The translations under genes and the position numbers were made by a program. Of a stretch of 46,443 bases of DNA, positions 26,266 through 35,800 are shown in pieces. Under the pieces are notes generated by a model. It had not been told where the DNA came from. It did no database searches and saw nothing but the letters and a program-made list of their open reading frames with translations. Origin of the DNA: a virus (lineage: Duplodnaviria; Caudoviricetes); the IMG/VR virus record IMGVR_UViG_3300039916_000015, positions 1-46,443 of that record, one strand, 5' to 3'. Position 1 is the stretch's first letter. Each line of letters begins with the position of its first letter.

Positions 26266-26276
26266 AGGAGACCTCG

Positions 26277-26570
26277 ATGACCAAATCCGTTGCAAATGCC
26301 GGCGCCGACAAACCCGGTTCGTCAGTTCCACCGGAACGCGATCCCTTGGATCACGACGGAGATGGCCGCAAAGGCGGCGCCGCGCCGGTCCCGGCGGTCC
26401 AGCATCTCGCCGTCGTCAAGGATGACGCCGAACACGGCCTCTCCCATGGCCAGGTGATCGGCGTCTCCGACGACGATGCCAAACTGCTGCTGGCGACCGA
26501 CAGCGTCCGCGTCGCCACCGACGTCGAGGTCGAGCTGGCCCAGCCCTTCGTCCGTCTCTGGACGGCCTGA
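26277..26570 (+). CDS. Hypothetical virion-module protein
   Basis: AAGGAG RBS; DPLDHDGDGRKGG motif. Confidence 0.7.
   Translation: MTKSVANAGADKPGSSVPPERDPLDHDGDGRKGGAAPVPAVQHLAVVKDDAEHGLSHGQVIGVSDDDAKLLLATDSVRVATDVEVELAQPFVRLWTA
26305..26325. repeat. Dispersed palindrome copy 4 (core CAAACCCGGTTCG, 26309-26321, one mismatch)
   Basis: Reverse complement TGACGAACCGGGTTTGTCGG matches copy 1 TGACGAACCGGGTTCGTCGG at 19/20. Confidence 0.8.
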
Positions 26571-26595
26571 CCTTCCCCTAACCGGAGCTTCCGCC

Positions 26596-27585
26596 ATGAC
26601 GACTTCGAACGATCCGCGCGGCCGTCTGGCCGAACTCTACAGCGCCTCACAGACGGCCCTCATCACCCCGGCCGCCGCGCCAGGTCAGACCTTCTACCGT
26701 CGCCATTTCTACGATTGGACGCCGTCGCCGCAGGAAGAGCCGCAGGACGACGAGCTGATGGGCGGCGGCTTCGCCAACTCGATCGACGCGCGCCCGGCGG
26801 CGCCCGATATCCACCGCGCCTCGCTGCGCGTCGCCTGGCCATTGGATCTGGCGCAGATCGGCTTTGTCCTGAGCGAACTGCTGGGAACGCCGACGACGAC
26901 CGGAGCGTCGCCCTATGTCCACACCTTCGACAGCGCGAAGACCGTGGTCCCGAGCCGCACCTTCGAGCGTCGCCTTGCGGCCGGTCAGTTCGACGGCGCC
27001 GTCGGCGCGGTAGCACGATCGCTTCAGTTTCCGATCGGATCTGATCGCGGCTACACCCGCGTGACGGCCGACTATTTCGCGCGGGAGGCTCTCGAGCAAT
27101 ATGGCGCCTCGGTCGCGGGCACGCCGGAAACGCCGACGATCAACAGCCGCGTGCCTCGGGCTGTCGGCACGATCAAGCGCGCCGGCACGCAACTGGCGGC
27201 CGTCATTTCCGGCGACGTGACCATCGCCAACGTTCTGGGCGAAGACAGCTACGCGGGATCCAAGTTCGTCGATGATGTCGCGCTGGAAGGCCGGACCGCC
27301 GCCATCAACATCACGGGTCGCTTCAAGGGCTCGGCCATGCGGGATCTCGGCAAGGTGCCGGTCGGCGGCGTCATTCAGGACGCCTCTGATTTCGATCTGG
27401 AATGGGTGCTGTCGGCAAACCTGAAACTGACCCTGACCGTCCGCAATGTCCGGTTCGCCCGGGTCGGCATCGGCACCAGCGGCCCCGCCCGCATTGATGT
27501 GCCGTTGCGCGGTCGCGCCGAAATCGGCGCCAACGCCTCCATGGTCACAGCGGTGCTGACCAATACGACGGCGAGCTACAGCTGA
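26596..27585 (+). CDS. Major tail tube protein
   Basis: GGAG RBS; PYVHTFDS...PSRTFE pattern; synteny before chaperone and TMP. Confidence 0.8.
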   Translation: MTTSNDPRGRLAELYSASQTALITPAAAPGQTFYRRHFYDWTPSPQEEPQDDELMGGGFANSIDARPAAPDIHRASLRVAWPLDLAQIGFVLSELLGTPTTTGASPYVHTFDSAKTVVPSRTFERRLAAGQFDGAVGAVARSLQFPIGSDRGYTRVTADYFAREALEQYGASVAGTPETPTINSRVPRAVGTIKRAGTQLAAVISGDVTIANVLGEDSYAGSKFVDDVALEGRTAAINITGRFKGSAMRDLGKVPVGGVIQDASDFDLEWVLSANLKLTLTVRNVRFARVGIGTSGPARIDVPLRGRAEIGANASMVTAVLTNTTASYS

Positions 27586-28424
27586 TGCAGCCCAAGCATG
27601 ACGCCTGGGCGCCGGCCGAACCGGAATGGGTCCGGCTGGCGCCCGGCGTCAAATGGCTGCTCCGACGCCCGGACGGCGCCGACAAGATGGTGGTGTCCTC
27701 GGACGTCTCCCAGATTATGTCGCGCATCTATCAAGGTCGCGCCGAGCTGGAGGCGCTGGGCCTCGAAAACGAGATGGGCGGGGGCGACCACGTTCTCAGC
27801 CTTGATCAGATCATGGGTTACAGCTCGCTGCTGACGGCGAACCGCTATGCCCGTCTCTGTCTGCTGGACTGGGAGGGCATCGACCATCCCGAAACCGGCG
27901 AGAAGCTGGACCCTACCGATCCTGACGCCGTCCACGACGCCCTCGTCTTCGGCGCCCCGGGCGGCGGGTCGCCCTTGCTGTCGCCCTTCCTGGCCTGGAT
28001 CGACCAGCCGCGCCGGCCCATGGGCGCAGAGACGGTGCGTCTTCGCGCCCTGGCGAAGGATCATTGGAGCGGCGGCGCCGAGCGTTGCCGAACCTGCGCC
28101 GACGAATCCGATCCCTGCGCAAAGGGCGGTTCGATCGAAGGCGAGATCTGCCCGCGATTGAAGAACACGCCTCTGACGCCTGAGGGGGTCGCGGCGTGGG
28201 AGATCACCAGTGGTGCGGCCGGACTGTGGGAGCGCGGAGGCATGTCCGGCGTCGTGACCGGCCTTCACTACCGCGACGCCTTGCTGGTCTTCGAGGCCCA
28301 GTTCGCCGGCGGGCGCGAGCCCTTGGATTTCGGCGCCGCCTTCACCGCCTTCCGCGCGATCGAGGCGGGCCGCCTGGAAGCTGAGGCTGAACAGGCCAAG
28401 GCCGAAGCCGACCTGAAGGACTGA
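27585..28424 (+). CDS. Tail assembly chaperone (G and T-like halves in one ORF)
   Basis: LLDWEGI motif; C-terminal GGMSGVVTGLHY; between tube and TMP. Confidence 0.65.
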   Translation: MQPKHDAWAPAEPEWVRLAPGVKWLLRRPDGADKMVVSSDVSQIMSRIYQGRAELEALGLENEMGGGDHVLSLDQIMGYSSLLTANRYARLCLLDWEGIDHPETGEKLDPTDPDAVHDALVFGAPGGGSPLLSPFLAWIDQPRRPMGAETVRLRALAKDHWSGGAERCRTCADESDPCAKGGSIEGEICPRLKNTPLTPEGVAAWEITSGAAGLWERGGMSGVVTGLHYRDALLVFEAQFAGGREPLDFGAAFTAFRAIEAGRLEAEAEQAKAEADLKD

Positions 28425-28428
28425 ACGC

Positions 28429-30930
28429 ATGGCGGATGGCGGCGGCATCAACCTTCGGCTCTCGCTGAAGGGCGCGGAACAGGTGCGCGCCGAGCTGGCC
28501 AGCATTGGGCCTGCCGGCAACCGTATGGCGCGCGACCTGGACCGCGCGCTGCGTCAGCCTTCTGGCGGCATGAAAGCGCTGGATAGCGGGATGCGCGAGG
28601 CTCGGAGCGGCCTGGACGGTTTCGCATCTCGGGCCGGTCCGGTTGGATCCGTCTTGCAGTCGTTCGGCGGTTGGGGTCTGGCGGCTGCCGCAGGATTCGC
28701 CGCCGTGGCTGCCGGCGCCGCCGCTGCGATCCAGGTTGCAAATCAGGCGACGACCGCTGCGGCTGACCTAACGGACGCAGCGGATCGGATCGGGGTCGGC
28801 ACGGAGGCCTTGCAACAGTGGCGCTATGTGGCGGACGAAGCCGGCGTGCCGGTCCAGGCGCTGGAAGCGGATCTGGAAAAGCTGAACGGCGTTCTCGGCA
28901 AGTTCAAAATGGGTATCGGCGACGCCAAGCTTAAGCCGTGGTTCCAAGAGCTGGGCATCAGCAAGGCCGACCTCGACAGCATCACCACGGCCGATCAGCT
29001 GATGCTGATGCTGGCGGATCGCCTGGGCCAAATCACGGACCGTTCCAAACAGGTGGCGGCCGCTCGAGCCTTCGGCATCGAGGCCTCTCTGCCCGCCCTC
29101 CGTCTCGGCGAGCAAGGCATCCGTGACCTCTTGAATGCGTCAGTGGAGCTAGGTGTAGTCCTAGATTCTGAAACTGTCGCGAAGCTGGATGCTGCGGACC
29201 GAAAGGCGGAGCTTGCTGGACAACAGCTAAAGACACTCTCTCACGCCGCAGTCGAGCCGCTTGCTACCGCGATGGCGAACTTGGGGTCGTGGATCGCTAA
29301 TGTTTCTGTAGAGTTCGGCCGCATCGAGTCTGGCGCGCCGCGATGGTTGCAGGTGTTGGGTTCAATCACTCGGGCTTTGCCCGGGGCGGGCATCGCGCAG
29401 CGTGTCGGGGAAATGGCCTTTGCTGAGGCCAGCCGTCGAAATGGGGGCGCACGCAGCGGGGTCGATCTCGCTGGCGCGTGGAACCGCAACGACGTTATGC
29501 GTGGGCTGCTTGCTATCGGAACGACCCCAGGCGGCGGCTTCGACCCCAGAGGTCACGATGCCAAGGGCGGAGGCGGCGGAGGCGCGGGTGATGGCGGCGC
29601 CGCCCGTCGTGCCGCCGAAGCCGAACGAAAGCAGAGGGAGATCGAGCGGCTCTATGAGCAGCTTGACCGCGAGGTCACGTCGTCTCGTCGCGACGTTACC
29701 CGCGAACGGTGGGCCGGGGATGCGCCCGAAGACCGCGCGCAGCTGGCGAAGAGCCTTGCCGCGCTGGAGCGGAAACAGCGTGACGACAAGATCGAGGAGA
29801 TGCGCAAGGAATTGGACACGAAGGGCGCGCTCGATGAGCGGCGGCAGCTTCTGTTCCAGCAAATTGCCGAGATGAACGCCGAGGCTGATGCGGCCGAAGA
29901 TAGCCGGATCATCCGCGACATGACCCTGGCGCAACAGCAGGCGATCCTTGAAGCCGAGCGAGCCGTCTCGGAGATCCAGAGCGAGATCCTGTCCCTGGCG
30001 TCGGCGAATGCGCGAACGTCGGACGAGCGTCGGGCCATCGAACTCGACCTTTTGGAAATCGCGCAGCGGCGGCAGAAGGCCGAGCTTGAGGCTGCCATTG
30101 CGGCTGAGGAAGACGCCGTGAAGCGCGCGGGCCTGGTCGCCGCCCTTGATCGCTTGCCGGCACTGCACGCCGCCCAGCGGGACCGCGTCGAGCGCGACAC
30201 CGCCGGGCCGGTTGCGGCTTGGCAAAACGCGCAAATGACAGGTCCGCAAACCCAAGAGTGGCTACAAGGCGAGGCCCTGGACGCCCTTGACGGCATGAAC
30301 AAGGGGCTGATGGATGCCTGGAAGAATGCGGAGGGCGCAGGCGACGCCCTTAACCGGATGGGCCGCGTCGGGATCGACGCTCTCGGTCAGATCAAGGATG
30401 CGCTGCTGGAAGTTGCGATCCAGCAGATGTTCATCCAACCGCTCACCAACGCCCTGTTCGGCGGCGGCAAATCCAGCGGCGGCGGCGGCGGATTCCTCGG
30501 CAACCTGGTGAACAACATCATGGGGTCCGTGGGCTTGGGCGGATCCGGCAAGGCGCCGATCAAGGCGGGCAAGGCGCGCGGCGGTTTGAACCCTTCTCGC
30601 GGCCTAGTGCCCGTCGGCGAATACGGCATCGAGCTGATGGACATGCCGGCGGGCGCGCGGATTTATGACACCGAGCGGACCGAGCGGATGCTGCGCGATG
30701 CGACCACGGGCGGCGCTCGGGGCGGCGCCGGCGTCCTGCAGCCGACATTCAATATGCCGGTGACCGTCGTGAACAACGGCTCCGAGAAGCTTCAGGCCAC
30801 GACGCGCCAGACGCCGGATGGGATCGACGTCCTGCTCGAGCCGATGGTTCGCAAGGCCGTGGGCAAGATGGGCTCGGACGGCTCCCTGGCAAAAGCGCAT
30901 CACCAGACGCCAAGAGGAAAAACGCGCTGA
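28429..30930 (+). CDS. Tail tape measure protein
   Basis: Ala-rich helical 833 aa; ADRIGVGTEALQQWRY; C-terminal ARGG...VGEYGIE. Confidence 0.9.
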   Translation: MADGGGINLRLSLKGAEQVRAELASIGPAGNRMARDLDRALRQPSGGMKALDSGMREARSGLDGFASRAGPVGSVLQSFGGWGLAAAAGFAAVAAGAAAAIQVANQATTAAADLTDAADRIGVGTEALQQWRYVADEAGVPVQALEADLEKLNGVLGKFKMGIGDAKLKPWFQELGISKADLDSITTADQLMLMLADRLGQITDRSKQVAAARAFGIEASLPALRLGEQGIRDLLNASVELGVVLDSETVAKLDAADRKAELAGQQLKTLSHAAVEPLATAMANLGSWIANVSVEFGRIESGAPRWLQVLGSITRALPGAGIAQRVGEMAFAEASRRNGGARSGVDLAGAWNRNDVMRGLLAIGTTPGGGFDPRGHDAKGGGGGGAGDGGAARRAAEAERKQREIERLYEQLDREVTSSRRDVTRERWAGDAPEDRAQLAKSLAALERKQRDDKIEEMRKELDTKGALDERRQLLFQQIAEMNAEADAAEDSRIIRDMTLAQQQAILEAERAVSEIQSEILSLASANARTSDERRAIELDLLEIAQRRQKAELEAAIAAEEDAVKRAGLVAALDRLPALHAAQRDRVERDTAGPVAAWQNAQMTGPQTQEWLQGEALDALDGMNKGLMDAWKNAEGAGDALNRMGRVGIDALGQIKDALLEVAIQQMFIQPLTNALFGGGKSSGGGGGFLGNLVNNIMGSVGLGGSGKAPIKAGKARGGLNPSRGLVPVGEYGIELMDMPAGARIYDTERTERMLRDATTGGARGGAGVLQPTFNMPVTVVNNGSEKLQATTRQTPDGIDVLLEPMVRKAVGKMGSDGSLAKAHHQTPRGKTR

Positions 30931-31853
30931 TGGCGAATGGTCTGTGGAATGCCGGCTTTCTTCAAGGCTCCGATCGCTGGGTCACGGTCGGCGGCGGCGC
31001 GCTGACCGTCGATGAAACCCTTCGGGGCGCGCCCGGGCGAGCTGTCCTTAAGGCCTCTCGATTGGCCGCGACCGTTGGCCTCACCGCGCCGGTCGAGCCG
31101 GCGACCGCCGATCGCGTCGCGGTCGCGGCCGGCGACGTCGTGGAGTTCTCGGCCGGCGCTCTGGGCCTGCTGGGCGTGGTGGAAGCGCCAACCGCGCCGC
31201 GCGCCTGGGCGGTCTTTTACAACGCGGCTGGCGCGACGTTGGAAACCCGACCGCTGGTCGTCCGTCCGCCCGAGGTTACGGCCCACGGTCTGGGTCTCGC
31301 CGGCGTTCGCGCCAGCTTCTACGGCATTCAGCAACGGGAGACAGCGCCGGCGGGCGCGGCGAAGGCCACGATGCGGATCGAGGCGGTCTCGACCGCCGCA
31401 AACCAGACCGTCGCGGCGCTGTTGCTCAAGCCGATGGTGACGAAGGTCTCGGCGTCACGGCTATTGCCGCTGCCTTGGACGCCCGGTCAGCATGACAACG
31501 CCGATTTGGTGTTCACGGCGTGGCCCGAGATCCTGCGGCCCTTCCGGGCTGGCGCTGGCGGCGAGGTCCAGCCCGGAAGGGTCGAGTATCAGGCAGGGGC
31601 GGGGCGGCCGAAGTCGCGACGCCTAGCTTTGGACCCCGTGCGCAAGTTTATGGGCCAGGTGCGATGCGACGGCATCGAACGCGCGGCCTTAGAGCAGTTC
31701 TGGCGCGAGGGGCCCGGCGACTTCTGGATCGTCGAGCCGGACACGGATCGCCTGTGCATCGCCAGTTGGACCGCCGACGGCGCGCCGATGATGGTCGAAC
31801 AACGCGGCCTGACGTGCATGATGCAGGTCGGTCTCTGGATGGAGACGGCCTGA
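30930..31853 (+). CDS. Distal tail protein with N-terminal carbohydrate-binding-like domain
   Basis: C-terminal GRPKSRR...LEQFWRE Dit-like; N-terminal NAGF...W beta-sandwich-like. Confidence 0.55.
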   Translation: MANGLWNAGFLQGSDRWVTVGGGALTVDETLRGAPGRAVLKASRLAATVGLTAPVEPATADRVAVAAGDVVEFSAGALGLLGVVEAPTAPRAWAVFYNAAGATLETRPLVVRPPEVTAHGLGLAGVRASFYGIQQRETAPAGAAKATMRIEAVSTAANQTVAALLLKPMVTKVSASRLLPLPWTPGQHDNADLVFTAWPEILRPFRAGAGGEVQPGRVEYQAGAGRPKSRRLALDPVRKFMGQVRCDGIERAALEQFWREGPGDFWIVEPDTDRLCIASWTADGAPMMVEQRGLTCMMQVGLWMETA

Positions 31854-32326
31854 TGGCTACGCCTGTCAGCGAAGACATGGTCGAGGCGGCTTGGCGTCGT
31901 GAAGAGGATCCTGTCGCCCAACTGATCGTCATCAGGTCCGACGCGAATCCCGAGCCGATCACCGTCACGGACTGGCCTGAAGGCATTACGTCCAACGGTG
32001 TCGACTATCCCCACTATCCGTTCGAGTTGGTCTGGCACGGCGCTAGCAAGGATGAGCCCTTCGGCAAGGGCAAGCTGACGATCGGCAATGTCGACAAGCG
32101 GATCGAAGAGGCGTGCGACGCCGCCTTGACGCCGCCTGAGGTCGATCTGTCGCTGGTCCGGGTTGAGGCTCCCGACGTGGTCGAGAAGGCCGTCCTGGGG
32201 GCCAAGGTGCCTAACGTCGAGGGTGACGCCATGCGGGTGAGCGCCGTGATCCGGCCGCGCGACTTCAGCGAGGAACCGGCCTGTGCTGTGAAGTATGTTC
32301 CCTCGACCGTGCCGGGCATGTTCTGA
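31853..32326 (+). CDS. Minor tail protein (DUF1833/gpL-like)
   Basis: YPFEL...LTIGNVD...APDVVE...PGMF; TGATG-coupled start. Confidence 0.75.
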   Translation: MATPVSEDMVEAAWRREEDPVAQLIVIRSDANPEPITVTDWPEGITSNGVDYPHYPFELVWHGASKDEPFGKGKLTIGNVDKRIEEACDAALTPPEVDLSLVRVEAPDVVEKAVLGAKVPNVEGDAMRVSAVIRPRDFSEEPACAVKYVPSTVPGMF

Positions 32327-32328
32327 CC

Positions 32329-32781
32329 ATGGAGATGGTGGTGCCGGCAGACCTGGAACACCAGGTCGCGGCGCTGATCGGCGTTCCCTTCCGGGTCAAG
32401 GGCGATGACTTGGACGGTTGGGACTGCCGGGGCTGCGCGCGCTGGTGTCTCAAACATCTGTGCGGCGTGGACGTGCCTAACTATCTCGACCTCTATGCTT
32501 CGGCGATCGTCGCCGTATCTGGGCGGCGCGAGCGCGCTCGTTTGCTGGGCGAAGGTCTGGCCCAGACTTGGCGGCCTGTGCCGCCCCAAGCTGGGGCCGT
32601 CGCCCTTCTGTCCTGGCTCGGATCGGCCGGGCATGTCGGCTTCATCCTCTCGCCGACCAGAATCCTTCACGCGGACATCCGCGTCGGAACGGCGGTGCTG
32701 GATCTCGACGATCCGGCCGCCGCCTACAGGCTGAGGGGCGCATTCGTCCCGGCCTTCGTCACAGACATTCGCCACGCCTGA
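32329..32781 (+). CDS. NlpC/P60 tail assembly protein (gpK-like)
   Basis: IGVPF...GWDCRG (Cys), GHVG (His), ILHA. Confidence 0.85.
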   Translation: MEMVVPADLEHQVAALIGVPFRVKGDDLDGWDCRGCARWCLKHLCGVDVPNYLDLYASAIVAVSGRRERARLLGEGLAQTWRPVPPQAGAVALLSWLGSAGHVGFILSPTRILHADIRVGTAVLDLDDPAAAYRLRGAFVPAFVTDIRHA

Positions 32782-32809
32782 CGGCGCGGCCTGATTTTCG
32801 CGAGGTCCT

Positions 32810-35800
32810 ATGGCTGACGGCAGCGTTCCTATTGTGCTGTCGCCTGAGCCGTTCGCGCGCACCACGACCTATGTCGAGGCGCCTGCGGGCTGCACGGTGC
32901 GGACCATGCTGGCCTCGGCGATCACCCACGGTCATCTGAAGCTCGACGACCTGCCGCGCACGAACGTCTACGTCGATGGCCAGCGCATCGATCGCGAAGA
33001 GACGTTGTCACTCGTCCTGGCCGAGGGGCAAATCGTCAACGTCGTGGTCGAGCCGCTGGGCGGCGGGGGCGGCGGCAAGAAAGACATCGGTCAGATTCTG
33101 CTGACCATCGCCGTCATCGCCGTCAGCATGTGGGTCGGCGGGCCTGCCGGTCCGCTAAACGCATGGCCGATGCTGGCCCGACAGGTCGCGGCGGCGGCAA
33201 TCCTGACGGCCGGACAGATGGCGGTCGCCGCCATCTTCAAGCCGGAGACCAACGTCTCAAAAGCCAACGATCGCTACGCCCTGTCTTCGGCTTCGAACCA
33301 ATACCGCCAGTGGGGGTCGATGCCGCTGGCCTTGGGCGAGGTCGTGGTCGCGCCCGACCTGGCCGTGAAAACCTTCACCCAGGCGCAGGGAGAAGATCAG
33401 TGGATCTACGGCATACTCGGCCTTCACTACGGCCCCTGCACGGCCGAAGATCTGAAGATCGGCGACACGCTGGTCGATTCGATGGGCGCGGGCGATGTGC
33501 GGGTGGCCTATCACCTCACGCCTGGCCCTCGAACCTTCTCGATCGTCGCCAACGATACCGATCAGCTGGACCTGCAAGAGGAGCTGGCGGCGACGCCCGG
33601 CGGATCGACGCCCGTGACGCGCGCCGCTTCGGCCGAGGGCGAACGGTTCGAGTTCGACTTCTTCATGCCGCAGGGGCTGTATTTCGCGAAGGACGACGGG
33701 CGGAAGATCGGCGCGTCGCTCACCGTCACCATTCGCTATCGGCCCATCGACCAGAACGGCGTGCCGACCGGATCGGGCGCTTGGGCCAACGGCCTGACGA
33801 TTCCCCTGTCGTCGGCGTCCAGCGATCCATGGCGGATCATGCGCGCACTGACGCTGCCCTTGGGCCGGTATGAGTTTCAGGTTCAGCGGTCGAAGCTCGA
33901 GGACGACAACGCCAAGCGCAAAACCGACATCGGCTGGACAGCCATCCGCGCCATCGCCTTCCGCAAGCCGGTTCTGGACGAGACCCTTTCGCTGATCGAG
34001 TTCGCGGTTCGCGCGTCGGCCCTGAACCAGGGCAATCTTGCGCCCTTCACCTGCCGGATCACGCCCGTCTGCGAGACTTGGAGTGGCTCGGCGTGGGGCT
34101 CGCCTGCGCCCACCTCGAACCCAGCCGCGATCACGCGTTGGCTGATGACGGGTCCGGCGCCAGCGATTCCGCTGACAAAGCCTCAGGCGGATGTCGGCCT
34201 TCGCACTTGGGCGGCCCTGTGCGACCAGTATAATTGGAAGACCCACATCTATCTGACCGAGGACCGCAAACAGGATGCGGTCATGCAGCTTCTCGGCATG
34301 AACGGTCGGGCCAGCCTGTTCTGGGATGGGACGCAGCTGGTGTCCGCGCCGTGGGTCGAGAAGCCCGCGCCGCGCCAGCTCTTCGCCGGGTCGAACCTGA
34401 AGGATCACCGCTGGGAGATCGTCTATCCTGATCCGGTCCATGCGCTGCGAGTCGAGTTCCAGAACATCGATCAGGGCGGCGAGGCCGACGAAATCTACGT
34501 CTATGCCGACGGCTATGGCGAGACGGCTGACCCCGCCAACAACATCCTGCCGGCGACGCTGGTCGAGGCGCTGCGGCTGGAAGGTCAGCAAACGATCGAG
34601 CGCGCCTATCGCGACGGACGCTGGAACCTGGGCGCCCGGATGCATCAGCGCCGGGTGGACAGCTGGTCCACGGACATTGAGCACATCGTCTGCCGATACG
34701 GGGACCGGGTGCGCCTGGCCTGGGACCGCGTCGGCACCGCCAACGCGACGGTGCGCAATCGCCTCTGGTCCGGCGCCTTGGTGTCGGGTCTGCGGCTGAG
34801 CCAGCCGGTGCGGATGGAGCCGGGCCGGACCTATGCCCTGGACCTTCGTCTTCCCGATCAGGTCATCACCGGCGTGCCGATCGTCAATCCGGCGACCACG
34901 GCAGATGTCGTGACCCGCTCTATCCTGTTCGCGGACCTGCGCAACGCCAACGTCTCGCCGCGCGGCGGCGATCTGGTGGCCTTTGGCGAGCCCGAGCGGA
35001 TCAGCGAGGATGTCGAAATCATCGGGATCACGCCGGGCACGGACCTGACGGCGAACATGGTCGGCATCCGCTATGTCGCGCCGCTGCTGATGGCCGGCGA
35101 GACGGGGCCAATCCCGCCACTGCAAAGCCGCCTGACGCGCGACCGGGCCATGGACCCGCCCATGCCGACCCTGCTGGGCTGGCAGGCGAATGAAGAAGGC
35201 GTGCGCATCGGCTTCTCCATGCCGCCCTGGCGCGGATCGCCGATCACCGGGTTTACCGTCCGCTGGCGGCAGACGCCGGCGCCGGGTCAGTCGTCGGCGT
35301 GGCTGCAACTGCCGGACCTGCCGGCCAACGCCATGACGGCCGTGACCCCGCCGCTGCGTGAGTTGCCGGCCGAAAGCACGAACGTAACAAGCGCCCAGGT
35401 GCAGATCGTCGCCGTGACGGCCGACGGCCGCGCCTCGCCCGCCCTTCAGGTCACGGTGCAAGAGGCGGCTGTCGAGCAACCGCCCGAAGGCGACTGGTCG
35501 ATCACGCCGATGACGTCAGGCCCTGACGGCGCGCGCCAGTCAGGCTTCCTTGTGATCGGCACGGTCGCCAGCCTCAATGCGCGAAGGGTGACGGTCGAGT
35601 TCGGCGCGACAGCGGAGGGGCCGTGGGTCTCGGCCTTCGACGGCCCTCCAGTCGACGGCGTCGTGCGGGCGTCCATCGTCGGCGTTCAGCCCGGGTCGCA
35701 GAACTATATCGCGATCACCTACTGGACCGCGCAGGCTGTTGCGCCGAGCGAGCGGCTGATCCGCGGACCTCTCACGGCGCCGCCTTTGGTCGCTGACGAC

